Positions 44,115 to 58,466 are shown, counted from the first letter of the stretch. The stretch is 64,000 bases of DNA from Octopus vulgaris (GCA_951406725.2 OX597828.1:43028001-43092000), one strand, 5' to 3'. Numbers and translations are program-made. Notes: a model not told the origin generated them from the letters alone.

Positions 44115-44660
44115 AGGCTGCGAGCTGGCAAATTTGTTAAACACGTCCGGTAAAAATGCTTAGCAGGTTTTCGTCCGTCCTTACATTCCGTGTTTAAATT
44201 CCACCGAGGTCGACTTAGCTTCTCATCCTTTCGCGGTCGATAAATTAAGTACCAGTTGAGCATTGGGTTCGATGTAACTAACCATTTCCTCCTCCAAAAT
44301 TTCAGGCCTTGTGCCTTTCGTAGAAAGGATTATTTTAATCGATTCCGAAAAGATGAAAGTCAAAGCCGACCTCGGCGGGATTTGAGCTCAAAACGCTGAA
44401 AGAGGAAAGGATTGTCGCTAAGCATTTTTGTCAAGTGTGTGAGCGACGCTGCCAAATTGTCACCTTGTAATAATGGTTTCAAAATTCTGACACAAAACTA
44501 GAAGTTTGAGGATTGACAGTGAGTCAGTACTTACTTTATCGATCCCGAAAGGATGAACGGTAAAGTCAACCTCGGCAGAATTTCAGCTGAAAATGCAAAG
44601 ATAGATGAAATACTACTAAGCTTTTTGATCAGTGTGCTAATGATTCTGCCGGCTCAACGC
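44115..44660. mobile_element. Cluster of family A SINEs in opposite orientations
   Basis: A plus copy at 44115-44335 abuts minus copies at 44335-44465 and 44525-44660. Confidence 0.8.
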
Positions 44661-44683
44661 CTTTCTGGCTGCTGCTGCAGCTG

Positions 44684-44752
<69 letters not shown>

Positions 44753-45601
44753 ATAATAATAATAATAATAATAGTAATAATAATAGTCCTTTTTTCTATA
44801 GGCACACATCGAAACAACATTGAAAAAATAGCACAACATCACCAACAGCATCACCATAATAATTATTCTGAAGGAGAATGGAAGTGGTGATGTTCAGGCA
44901 TTTCTTAATGTCATCAACGTCGGCAGTTGAAGCAAGTTTCAACCAAGGGTCGAAACCGCATCACCTAAACACTGTGCCATGCGCTTCCCTTCCGTTTAAC
45001 TACACCAGCCATCCCCAGTTCAATGCTACCATACCACCATGTTCGAATCTTACCGTTTGTTATGGCGCACACATTGATTTGTAACATAATCTGAAGTATT
45101 GGGAATTCTTTTGCTACACAGCATCGAAGAAAATGCCTTACGGTCAGTAAATGCGCCTTTTCCGGCTGGGTTCAAATCCTAACGAGGTCAGCTTTGCCTT
45201 TCGCATCAATTCAAGCAGTGTCCCAGTCAGATTCAAGCAGTTTCCCAGATTCAAGCAGAGTCCCAATTCAAGCAGTGTCCCAATTTCCGCGAGATACTTC
45301 CTCTTCTATCGTGACCAATTGACATGTGGCCAACTAACACAAGCCATCACCCGTGCCGGGTCCTCAGAAACGGGAACCCATACGCAGGATCCAATTCGGA
45401 AAATCGTGCAACATGGCTAAACAGTATGAACTGACGTTCCTGAAACATTCAAAGAACTTTCAATCGATTTGTGTCTATAAACTTAAACACCAGTCAAGTA
45501 CAAATGTAACTTTAATCAACCAATCTTGTAATCATCTCAAATTTATCAACTTTTGCCAATGTTAAAAATAATGACTTCTTAGATCCTGCTGCACTAGATT
45601 C

Positions 45602-45939
45602 TTTATTACCTCCGCCTTCGCTAAGGCCGAGGTATTGTTTTCAGTCATGTTTGTCCGGATGGATTCGGATGAAACTTTCCGGGATATTTGGCCTTGTGAC
45701 TGGCACGAACTGATTAGATTTTGGGATCGATCCGGTACCGGACAAGGATTCTGGATTATTTTTCCTGCTAGTTTCTTTTTAGTTTTTGAGAGCTGTCGTG
45801 TTCATTTTTAGTATTCTCATTTGTGAGAGCAGTCGAGTTTATTTCAGATATTCTCATTTTAAAATTCCCCTCTGGCTAATCTTTGAGAGGACGTTGGTGT
45901 TTCCTTAGCGGAGGTTTGCGCTCTCTGAGTGTTCTTGTT
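45602..45939 (+). mobile_element. Helentron-associated non-autonomous element (HINE/DINE-like)
   Basis: Starts TTATTACCTCCGCC. Subterminal inverted repeat ACCTCCGC/GCGGAGGT, short 3' hairpin GCGCTC-tct-GAGTGT, ends CTTGTT. Confidence 0.72.
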
Positions 45940-46174
45940 ACAATTTAAACCATCCTGGATTTTTGACATATCAGGTTACACTAATTTTTGCTTGCTATTG
46001 TATCAAAAGACTCGGAGCAAAACATCACAGATTTGATGGAAGTGGTTAGTTATCGATTAAATCTATCCCAGTCATTGGATGGCATTGAATTCTTTTAATC
46101 TCGAAAGATTGAAAGACAATGGTGACCTCGAATGGATTTAAATTCAGAACATGAAAAGCAGTGAACTTAATGAC

Positions 46175-47152
46175 CTTTTTGCTATAGGCACAAGGCCTGA
46201 AATACTTGGCGGGTGGGGTGACTAGTAAATTACATCGACCCGGGAAGGGTGAAAGGCAAAGTGAACCTCGGCGGAATTTGAACTCAGAAAGTAAAGACGG
46301 ATAAAATGCCATTTAGCATTTTGCCCGGCGTGCTAACGATTCTTCCAGCTCACCGCCTTGGTGAACTAAATAACCGTAACGCCTTTTTCCGACGCTGTAA
46401 CGCAATGGTTTTCAACGTGTCTGTGACCACATCACTCTAATCTTTCTGTTCAGAAATGCGACGCCTTTATTGTTCGCATAACGTATCATAATTAACCTCG
46501 TGACATCTCTATGTACAGTTTATGATACCCCTAGGTAGCGGGATACAGTAGACGGAAAACCATTGCTTTGACGGTTTTATTAATACACAAAGGCAGTCAA
46601 CTAGTAGTATCGTTAGCGCGCTGGACGAAATGCTTAGCGGTATTTTGCCTGTCGCAACGTTGTGAGTTCAAATTCCACCGAGGTTGACTTTGCCTTTCAG
46701 CCTTTCGGGGTCGATAAATTAAGTAATAGTTGTGTACAGGGGTCAATGTAATCGACTTAACCCCCCTCCCAAAATGTCATGCCTTGTGCCTTAAGTAGAA
46801 AAGCGTCTGTTAATAGACAGGTCTGATATCCTACTTAGTACAACGTCGGTCACAATGACGACTGTTTCAGGCGATCCGATCAACGGAACAGCTTACTCGT
46901 GAAATTAACGTGCAAGTGGCCGAGCAACCCACAGACACGTGCACCCTTAACGAAGTTCCCAGGGAGATTCAACGTGACACGAAATGTGATAAGGCTGACC
47001 CTTTGAAATACAGGTACAGCTCAATTTTGCCAGGGGAGTGGACTGGAGCAATGAAAAATTAAGTGTCATGCTCAAGGACACAGCGCGGGAATTGAAATCC
47101 CGACCTTACAATCGTGAGACGAATACTTAACCACTGAGCCACCTGCCTCCAC
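46175..47152. mobile_element. SINE cluster (family A minus, family A plus, and a D-head/C-tail SINE on minus at 46865-47152)
   Basis: Matches to the other family copies in the window. Confidence 0.78.
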
Positions 47153-47899
47153 AGTTCTGGGTATAAAGAAATGCTAATTTGTCACTTGGTCAGAGAGCAT
47201 TACATTTCTAAGATTAGCTCTGTTTAATTAAAAGGACGCTACTACTAAATATAATAGACCAGGAGGGCAATGTCCATAACCTTTGGGATCATAGGCACAA
47301 AGAGAATGATCGAAATTATCTTCAAACGAAAGACCTTCTTCAGATACTTGCAACAGCGGAAAGGGCTCGTGCTAGAGTCACCTAAGGGCCAAGTTATGGT
47401 GTTAAATCTGATGGATAACGGGTAAAGTATTCTACTGTATATAACTTGTTATCGACCACAAAAAGATAAAAAGTAAAATCACCCTAGGGGAATTGAAAGC
47501 AGAACTTAACTGTGACCCGCCGTATGCATTCCCCAGCGCTCGATCAGTTATGTCATTCAGCACCCTACAGGCGCGGTCCCAGGAATTTTTCGAAGGAAAA
47601 TCACAAGGTCGAAAGGGGATACAATTCCAGCAGAAAAGGGCGTAATAACATTATTTAGAAAGGCGAACTTCTCTTCTTGAGGTGTGGTGGGCACGTACCC
47701 CTCAGCCACCACTGGGTTCGATTCTGCCCTACAGTTATAACAAAGGTACGGCAAAAAACCTCCCACATTTTATTGGTTGACAAGTGTTTCAACAGGAAAC
47801 GTATGGGTGAGCACCAGTCTAAATCATGGTGGTAACTGAAAAATTAAGTTAAAATAGCAATTATAAAAACCTAAAGAAACTGCAGTTTATTTGTTTCAA

Positions 47900-48362
47900 A
47901 ACCTGGCACAGTGCTAGCATATTCGGGAAAGTCGGTAAGTCGATTACATAGACCCCAGTGTTCATGTGGTACTTGTTTTATCGGCCCCTGAAAAAAATGA
48001 AAGACAAAAGCGACCTCGGCGGAATTTGAAGTCAGAACGTAACAGCTGACGACATCCCGCTCAGTATTTCGCCCTGCGTGCTAACGATTCTGCCAGCTAG
48101 CCACCCGCAAGCGGTAAATATTACCTATTTCTTTATTACCCACAAGGGGCTAAACATAGAGGGGGACAAACAAGGACAGACATAGGTATTAAGTCGATTA
48201 CATCAATCCCCAGTACGTAACTAGGTACTTAATTTATCGACCCCGAAAGGATGAAAGGCAAAGTCGACCTCGGCGGAATTTGAACTCACAACGTAACAGC
48301 AGACGACATCCCGCTCAGTATTTCGCCCGGCGTGCTAACGATTCTGCCCGCTAGCCACCCGT
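47900..48362 (-). mobile_element. Two tandem family A SINEs sharing private variants
   Basis: Both carry AACGTAACAGC-GACGACATCCCGCTCAGTATTTCGCCC. Confidence 0.82.
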
Positions 48363-48482
48363 AAACGGTAAACTATTACCGTTTAAAGCAGCGATACCAT
48401 TTGTCGATCTTCACTAGTTAATATGCATAAAAAACAAGTGGGAGATTTTTCTGCTGGACAATGTATAAATAGCGATAACTTT

Positions 48483-48935
48483 GGATCTTTTCGGTTTGAA
48501 CGGCAGTTTTTAACATAATTTCTAGGTAAGTAAAAAATGTTAAACGTCGTATACTGGTTGAATGTGTTTATAAAACGTTTTTCTCTTGGCCTTATTGAGA
48601 AAATTATATAGTTTGTAAGATATTCGTTGGTTTTTTTCTTCAATTTCTGCAATGTCAATCAATCAAATACGTCTATTGAGGTAAAAAAAACAAACATTCT
48701 GTGCCGTATGAATATGTCCCTCGTTTAAGAAACAGATTGTGTTTATTTACATTTGTGAAGAAAAAAGATCCCCCCCCTAACCCTAACCCTAACCCTAACT
48801 ATCCCTAACTATCCCTAACTAACCCTAACCCTAAAACAGATTGAAATGCAATAGATCGATACTAGGGTCATAATTATGGGTGACAATTTCATATAACACC
48901 GCTAGAAAAAACTGCCGTTCAAACCGAAAAGATCT
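48483..48935. mobile_element. MITE with 29-bp TIRs, 8-bp TSD and internal (CCCTAA)n (Merlin- or hAT-like)
   Basis: TIRs GGATCTTTTCGGTTTGAACGGCAGTTTTT and AAAAACTGCCGTTCAAACCGAAAAGATCT. TSD ATAACTTT at 48475-48482 and 48936-48943. Confidence 0.88.
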
Positions 48936-50090
48936 ATAACTTTTATTACGAGAGGGTCATTCATTTTAAGAGAGTCGTATCCCTATTCTATTATATCGAA
49001 TTTTTAATACTTGGCTGCCTCTTATTATATTCTATCGACCCCGGGAGAATGAAATGTAAGATAAGCAGCGAAGGTTTTGAACTCTGAGTGCAGATGCATT
49101 ATAAGTAAGTAATATATAATAATTTATCGCGGGTTCTACCAAATCTATTGCCCTCAGTCATCAGACATAAACAAAACTACTAATTATAGGAGAAAAAAAT
49201 ACGGAAAAAATATTAAGAGAAAAAAAAAGAAAAAACATGAAGAACCCCCACCTCTCACTCCTCGATCATCATTTGAAACCTGTTAATTATACTATGGTTA
49301 GATTGTTTGATGTAATTAAGCAGCCCACACACCGAAACGAAAATGCAATAGGCCGACATGAAATATAAGTTTTGGGGTGTTACTGTAAAATAGCATTTGT
49401 ACTTTTTTTTTTCCAGAAAAAAAAAAGGTCACGTCTCATATTAATTTTGACCTTTATCGTTTTTCTTTATCATACTTTTAAGTGGGTGGTCGTGTTAAGT
49501 GAATGTTAAAAAGATGAAAGAAAAAAAAATGCATTGCTTGACGATTTGATGGTATTTCTTTCGGTGGACAACACCTGTGTGAGTTCGAATCTTGAAAGAA
49601 CACCCTCTCCCTTCCAGCTTTTGTGAATTCGAACAAATGAGTACCGCTAAAAGTGAAGAATAGAAACAGTTTAGCAATTGTTTCTAATTTAAAAAAGAGG
49701 TTTAAATTAGAGACAGTTTTGAGGGGATGGGTTTAGTCGATCCAATCGACTCTAGGACTTGACAAGTACTGTATTTTATCGACTCCGAAAGGATTAACGT
49801 TAAATTTGACAGCGGCAAGGTTTGAACTCATAACGTAGTTTCAGAACAGATATTTTTTACAAATTTTCATACAAGGGCAGCGATTTCGGAGGAGAGGGTA
49901 AGTAGAATACATCTACCCCAGGGCTGAAATGGTACTTTGTTTATCGACCTGTAGGAGCTGAATTCAGAACGTAAAGTTCAACTCCTACTGAAATAAACCG
50001 TATTTTCATGTTTCCTATAGTCAATAACATGAAGTATCAATATCAGCAAAGTGCTGGTTAGATGCAGTCGACTAAACCTCTCCTCTCAAA

Positions 50091-50179
<89 letters not shown>

Positions 50180-51002
50180 CCTACCTACCTACCTACCTAC
50201 CTACCTACCTACCTACCTATGTATCTATCTATGGATGTTTGTATTGAAAATATCTACTTAAGAGTATAAAATTGAATTCCAGAAGTCTGGCCTTATGTCA
50301 TGCAGTGTTACAATCTTCACTGAAACAGGTGTAAGGATTTTTTTCTTTAAATAATTTCAGGACAAACTCACTCTCTAGTCTTGTTTTTTTTTTTCATCCC
50401 TATGTATACTGCGCTCTTTAAAAATATGGAGACAAGAGTAAGAAAGTTTCTTAAATGGTATAAATTCTCGTCGCAGCCTTTTCTTTTGGAATATGAAGCT
50501 GCAAATAAAGGCGGTGAGCAGACAGAATCCTTAGCGCGCCGGGAAAAATGCCTAGTAGCATTTCGTATGTCCACGTTCTGAGTTCAAATACCACTGAAGT
50601 CGACTTTGTTTTTCATTCTTTCTGGGTCGATAAGATAAGTATCAGTTGATTACTGGAATCGATATAAATCCACTTATCGCCTTCTCCGAAATTTCTGGTC
50701 TTGTGCCGAAATTTGAAATCAATATAAAGCTACAAATGGAGTTGTGTGCCTTTACTTGGACCACACAAGTATTACACATGCAAACTTATAATTTTAGTTA
50801 TAGCTGTGAAGCTACATTTGGGACTGAATGTCCTTGATTTCGGTCCGAGACGTCTTACCTAATTTAGTTTGCAAAGCTAATTTATCAAGTTCTCGGTAAC
50901 GAAACTCTATACATTTAGTCACTCGAAATTCTACTTATTTATGAGGTTCTAATTATTCTGTTGATATCATATTATGTATATATATATATATACATATATA
51001 TA

Positions 51003-51365
51003 TCTTTACTCTTTTACTTGTTTCAGTCATTTGACTGTGGCCATGCTGGAGCACCGCCTTTAGTCGAGCAAATCGACCCCGGGACTTATTCTTTGTAAGC
51101 CCAGTACTTATTCTATCGGTCTCTTTTGCCGAACCGCTAAGTGACGGGGACGTAAACACACCAGCATCGGTTGTTAACCAATGCTAGGGGGACAAATACA
51201 GACACACAAACACACACATATATATACATATATACGACCGGCTTCTTTCAGTTTCCGTCTACCAAATCCACTCACAAGGCATTGGTCGGCCCGGGCTATA
51301 GCAGAAGACACTTGCCGAAGATGCCACGCAGTGGACTGAACCCAGAACCATGTGGTTGGTTAGCA
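51003..51365 (-). mobile_element. Family B SINE
   Basis: Reverse complement of the family B consensus. Confidence 0.88.
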
Positions 51366-51367
51366 GC

Positions 51368-51398
<31 letters not shown>

Positions 51399-51523
51399 GC
51401 AATTTAGATTCAGATGAATATGGTACTCAAGTTGAGGCACCAGAATTTAGTACGGTATTATCCATACAATTTCAAAGTAAGGTGATTAAAATCAAAATAA
51501 GCAACAAGGATATCCAGAGGTAA

Positions 51524-51610
51524 TGCAGTACGATCGTTTCATGCAACTCTATTTAATTGAACAATGCAATCATTACCTCAATTTAGAATATAGAGCAATC
51601 TTCAGCTGCA
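51524..51610 (-). ncRNA. Type I hammerhead ribozyme with extended stem II
   Basis: Minus strand reads UGCAG-CUGAAGA-UUGCUCUAU...AUAGAGUUGCAU-GAAA-CGAUCG-UA-CUGCA. 5-bp stem I, palindromic stem III, GUA triplet. The first stem II pair is U-U (non-canonical). Confidence 0.72.
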
Positions 51611-53163
51611 CAAAGACAGGATTTAATTAAATTACAACAGATTGATAAACTATCCTATAAATTAAAACTTACCCCATAAATACAAAAAAAATCAAAAAAT
51701 CAAAAAAAAATCAGTGGCAGGTAGAGTCTTCTTGATATTTTTTGTAACTTTTATGCTGAAGTAGAAACAATATGTTCTTTGTCTATCTCCTTAATTTCTT
51801 GGAGATTTTAGGTATAATTTTACTAATGTGTCCATCTATTCTAATTTAATTAAATTCTATGTATTTGAGCAGCTGAAGATTGCTCTACATTTTAAATTGA
51901 TGTACTCAAACGATTGCATTAGGTTCCCCAGTTTCTGTGGAGTATAAAATCCCCCACTAAACAGGGTGCCGGTCCGTCGCACGTTTACTGATCTTTGCCA
52001 GCTGAATGAACTCGGGCATCGTGAAGTGGGATGTTTTGCTCAAGAGCAAAATGCATTTACAGCTCCAGGAAAAGAAATTTCAATCTTACGATGAGTGCAG
52101 CCCACTAAGCCACGTGCCTCCACATGTACTTACATATATATCTAACTATACTTTCATACAAACCTATACACATGTATATCTGTGTTCGGGACGCGAGCAC
52201 ATCTTAAAAGTTCTTCCTTAGGATTGAACTTCCAACGTCATCAGCAATGTTCTGTTAGAGAAGATAGCACAGTAGCGCTAAACGTGTAGCACTACAATGT
52301 GGCTGTGTACACGTGTGTGCGTGTGTCTGTGTACGTATGTACGCGCGTGTGTATCTGCCCATAAATGTACATATGTGTTTGTGTGACCACATGTGTTCAT
52401 ATCTCTGTCTATAAGTGCGTGTCTTTATGCCTGAGATTGAGATGGTATTTGTATGAATATGTTTGTTTATAAGTATTTGTATTAAAGTGTAACTTCGTAT
52501 GTATATTTGTATATGCGAATCTTTCTATGTCTGCTTATATATGCGTTATATACATTATATGCACGCGTATTTCCACGCTTGCCTTTATTTGTATATGTGT
52601 ACGTGCATGTGTATAAGATGTATGCATAAGTCTACTTTGTTTCTCTGTGTATATCTATACCTGTGTATGTATATCGTTACGTAGGTCTCTATATGTATAT
52701 CTCTTCTGTCTGAGTTGTCTGTGTGTATATCTATCTCTATATGTGTAAATGTGTAACTGTGAATTAGATCTTGTTTCCTGGAGAGAAAACCAACTAAAAA
52801 ACAAAAATCTAGGCAAAAACACAGAAAAAAAAATCATCAGAAAATATTTTTAATTTGTTTACTCAACAGAAACCAGTAAAATGTTGCAAACAATCTTTTC
52901 AAGAAATAATGAGGAATTTACCAAAAATATACTTCAATTTCTTTCTATATTGTTTCATTAGATTATTTATTTATTTATTTTTGGTTTGTTTTAGATATTT
53001 ATATATATTCAATATATATATTTATTTATTTATTGTATATTTATTTTTATTTTTAGATATTTGATATATATAAAGACCAATTCCTTTGAAATATTTACCG
53101 ACCAAATTATAATTTCATTTCAAATGTGAATTTAAATATGTGTTTTAGCAACAAATAAACTAA

Positions 53164-53255
<92 letters not shown>

Positions 53256-53378
53256 GTCTGCCTATATATACTTATATACATATGTATTATGTTATTATGT
53301 ATATGATATAATATATGTGTGTATGTGTGTCTGCGTGTGACTGTGCACATGTAATTAAATATATACATACATCTGTAC

Positions 53379-53427
<49 letters not shown>

Positions 53428-53623
53428 TATATATATATGCATGTATGTATGTATGTATATATCTGCGTATGACCACAGACTTATACATATGAGCGTACAT
53501 ACATACATAATCATGTATGCATGCTTATATGAGCATACGCATAACGGGGTGTTTCTATATAATTTCCAAACTTCACTTATCAAAGTCACGATGTGGGTCT
53601 GTACATGTGTGCGAACGTGTTTC

Positions 53624-53665
<42 letters not shown>

Positions 53666-54139
53666 TACACATACACACACACACACAAATATATAGGTAA
53701 CATAGATTAACTGCTTACATACCTACATACAGGGCCACCCACGCGCACACTGCTATACATACATACATACATACATACATACATACATACATACATACAT
53801 ACATAGATTCATACATACATACATACATACAATTACATATATAAACTTATACGGCAATTTGTGGCAAATCGGTTATATTTTCTTTATATGCCATATTTGG
53901 TGTCCATTCTTCCGGTTTGTTTCATTTGCATACACCTATATTCAAAGTGACGACTACATGTTAAGGTGTTATGCATATTTTAGTGATAAAATATTTCGCT
54001 CAGATGAACTAAGAAGGCGGTAACGAAGACCATGAATATCTGTCTGCGAAACTTTTCATCGTTTGTACTTCATCTTGGTGTGGCCACTTATCCATGTATT
54101 TCACTGTCGGCTTTCTTTGTATTTGTGTTCCATTACAGT

Positions 54140-54840
54140 TACTCTTTTAATTGTATCAGTCATTTGACTGCGACCATGCTGGAGCAACGCCTTTAGTCGA
54201 GCAAATCGACCCCCAGGACTTATTCTTTGTAAGCCTAGTACTTATTCTATCTATCTCTTTAGCCGAACCGCTAAGTTACAGGGACGTAAACACGCCAGCA
54301 TCGGTTGTCAAGTGTTTTTGGCGGGGTTGGGGGACAAACACAGATACACAAATATATACACACACGTACATATATATATATATACACATGTATACGACAG
54401 GCTTCTTCCAGTTTCCGTCTACCAAATCCACTCACAAGGCTTTGGTTGGCCCGAGGCTATAGTAGAAGATACTTGCCCAAGGTGCCACGCAGTGGGACTG
54501 AACCCGGAACCATGTGGTTGGTTAGCAAGATACTTAGTACACAGCCACTCCTACATTACGTTTATTTATTTGTTTCTGATAGAAGTGGAATAAGCAGAGC
54601 AACGGAAGGCTTGATAATAAGCGGCGAGCTGGCAGAAACGTTAGCACGCTTAGCGGTATTTCGACTGCCGTTACGTTCTGAGTTCAAATTCCGCCGAGGT
54701 CGACTTTGCCTTTCATCCTTTCGTAGTCGATAAATAAAGTACCAGTTACGCACTGGGGTCGATATAATCGACTTAATCCGTTTGTCTGTCCTTGTTTGTC
54801 CCCTCTATATTTAGCCCCTTGTGGGCAATAAAGAAATAAG
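54140..54840. mobile_element. Family B SINE (minus, 54140-54552) and family A SINE (plus, 54620-54840), head to head
   Basis: Matches to the family consensus. Confidence 0.87.
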
Positions 54841-55561
54841 AATCGTTAGAGCCTTCGGACAAAATGTTTCACGGCATTTCTTCTGACTTTACGTTCTGAG
54901 TTCAAATTCCACCGAGCTAGATTTTGTCTGTCATCCTCTCTGGGCCGAAAAAATCCCTATTGAGCACTTGGATTGACGTAATGGACTAAATTCATTCGCT
55001 GGTTATAGTAGCAGAAATTATTTCTCGTTAATTAGTAAAATAACCGCTTCAGCAAACAATAACCTGGAGGAAATGATCTTGTTTAATATAATATCAGCTA
55101 ACTGGTGCTTATAGAAAATTTTTGGTTAAAATCTATTGGCACTGGATAAATATAATATAAAAATACGAAGTGACATTTGTACAACCTAGATTTAAGTGAC
55201 TACGAAATGTTGAGAAATCTGTTTGATTGACAAGAAAGTAAAAAGAAAATAAAGAAAAAGGAAAAGGAACATGATACCGCGCAGAGCGAAAATTTACAGG
55301 CGCTAATATGGATGGACTAAACGGGTAGGACGTACTTTGGTGTAATGGTTTAGTAGGGTCCTCTCGATTACGCGTGAATATTGGTTTTATTCAAATATGC
55401 ATCCCTGGGCAGATTTATCCTGACCGGTTTTGCTTTCTGCTCCTAATATGTTAAATTCAATGCTATTTCATATAATATGCATACACACATGCAGTCATAC
55501 ATACATACACACGTATATACTTGCATACATCCGTGTGTACTGATGTGTATGTGTGCACGTG

Positions 55562-55596
<35 letters not shown>

Positions 55597-55996
55597 GAAT
55601 ATATGTATATATATACGGGTATGTATATATTTATTCATACGTATAGATATATACACATGTGTGTGTGCGTCTGTGTGTGTGTGTGTGTGTATACGTATCT
55701 GTGTATGAATTTTGACGACGAGGACAGCGATAATGATGATGATAATAGTGATGTTGATGAAAACGACGACAGCAATGATGAAGCTGACGGTGGTGATGAT
55801 GTAAGCCATTTTGTTAATGATGATGGCGGTGATGAGGATGATGATATTGTGGATTAGGTTGACGTTAGCGATCACTATGACATCAACATTGTAGTAGTAG
55901 TAGTAGTAACAGAAATTTGGACCATTTGGATGTTTACACGTTTAACCTCACTGTCCCCCGTCTGTGTATCGTCCTCTAAGATTTGTGTCCGACTCT

Positions 55997-56425
55997 GGTG
56001 ATGTCATATCAAGATAAACAGCACATGACCTTGCAGGTGGGGCCCAGTGAGAATTGTCTTCTGGTCGAGTAACCCACCCCGCTGAAAAGGTCGCTGAATA
56101 AGGGTTGTTTAAGGATGTTGAACGAAACACCCATGTTTCCAGAGGTGAATTATTCAAACACCAAAGAATCCCTCTCAACACATGGCTATGATGCTCCCCC
56201 ACTACTTCTGCTCGTGATCAGAGATGCACATATCGTCAGCCACTAAGGGATAGGCTCAACTGGTTAAGGTCAAACAACTGACAAGCAAATCTGTGGTATT
56301 GAGCAGAATATTTGCTGTAGCCCATCTTTTATACAAAGACAAAACAATGTACATGATAACACTTCCAATCAGTTAAGATCAGAAGCCACGTGAGCCACTG
56401 CCTGGTACTGCATCAGGGCATTCAT
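55997..56425 (-). mobile_element. Family E repeat, partial copy
   Basis: Closely similar to 2602-3028 and abuts (ATT)n. Confidence 0.85.
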
Positions 56426-57166
56426 TATTATTATTGTTATTATTATTATTATTATTATTATCATTATTATTATTATGACTATTATTATTATTATTATTAG
56501 TAGTAGTAGTAGTAATGATACTAACAGCAGCGGCAACAACAGCAACAGTTAGAAGATACTACTCCACTAGTAGTAAACTAAAAGAACCAAAAAAAAAAAA
56601 AAAATTAAGCACCGCTAATACTCACATCCATCATTCACCCCCATCATCTCACCTAATTAACACGTGACAAAATAATCTACCTTGTCAATGGTTTATATAG
56701 TCTGGACAGGCGTCAGGCTAGCTAAGTTAATGGAGATTAATTCATATTCTGTATGGTTATGCATCAATATGGAGAGAGGAGGAAGAAAAAAAATAAAGAT
56801 AAGCTGACGTCAAAATTGTGGGTAGGAGAAGGGAAGGGTAGGGAGGGCAGAGATGTTTTTTCAATGCTGGGGTTGAATATGTCCGTGTATGTATGTATGT
56901 ATGTATGTATGTATGTATGTATGTATGTTTGTATGTATGTATGTATGTATGTATGTATGTATGTTTGTATGTATGTGTATATGTATGCATATATACATAT
57001 GCATACGTAGGGATGTATATATTCATGTATATGCACATATATATATGTGTGTGTATATATATGTATATATATGCGTATATATATCTGTGCATATATATAT
57101 ATGTGTGTATATATATGTATGTATATATATATATATGCATATATATGTATATATATTAGTATAGAC

Positions 57167-57218
<52 letters not shown>

Positions 57219-57550
57219 ATATATGTATACAGTTGTAGATATGTATATGTATATATACATATATGTATATATATGTGTATATATGTGTTTGTATATATAT
57301 ATATGTATACATATGTGCATATATATATTCGTGTATGTATGTATTTATATACTTGTGTATATATACATACATATGTGTGTATATATGTATATATATGTGC
57401 ACATATATATATAGATACACACATATTCATGTGTATGTATGCATCTATGCATGCATGCAGGTATGCATATGTATGTATGTTTGTACGTATGTACGTATGT
57501 TTGTGTATATATATATATATATACCTATATATACACATACACACACACAC

Positions 57551-57681
<131 letters not shown>

Positions 57682-57761
57682 CGTTTGTTGAAATGCTGGG
57701 AGGAAACTTTTTGTCTTAAAAGGGAGATTAATTCTTTGGCAAAGTCATTGGTTCACTGATT

Positions 57762-57794
<33 letters not shown>

Positions 57795-58396
57795 GAGGGG
57801 GGAGTATAAAAACTAAGAGAAAAATGGAAATAGACAGAGCGGTGTGTGTGTGTGTGTGTAATATATGTGTGTGTGTGTGTGTGTGTGTTTGTGTGTTTGT
57901 GTGTGTTGGTGGATACTTTTGAGCTTGAATTCCATCGCCAATGAAGAAGCCTTACAACTGGTATTCGAGACGCAAAGTATCAGAAACCGTAGTCTGTTTT
58001 GTATGTTTGTATATGTCTTTGTATTAAAATAACAGTTGTTGTTGCTTTGGGATTCAAATCAGTATTCTTTGTCTTACGTCTTTTATCTTTTACTTGTTTC
58101 AGTCGTTGGACTACGGCCAAGCTGTAGCTCCATCCTGAAGGCTTTAGTCGGCCAAATCGACCCCATTACGTATATTTTTTAAAGACCGGTTTCTCTTCTA
58201 AAGTTCTCATTTCCCGAAACGCTATGTTACGGATACCTAACCACACCAACACTGGTTTTCAAGCAGTGATAGGGGACAAAACAGTGATAGGGGACACGAC
58301 ACAATATATAGCAACACATATATATATGAAAACAAAATCTTTTAAAGTTTATCTTATTCTCTCTCTCATTCTCTCTCCCTCTCTCTTTCTCTCCCC

Positions 58397-58455
<59 letters not shown>

Positions 58456-58466
58456 CATCCATCCAC

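Noticed and set aside
48775-48835. True telomere or chromosome fusion site
   Set aside because: Short, single orientation, and enclosed within a TIR/TSD-bounded element.
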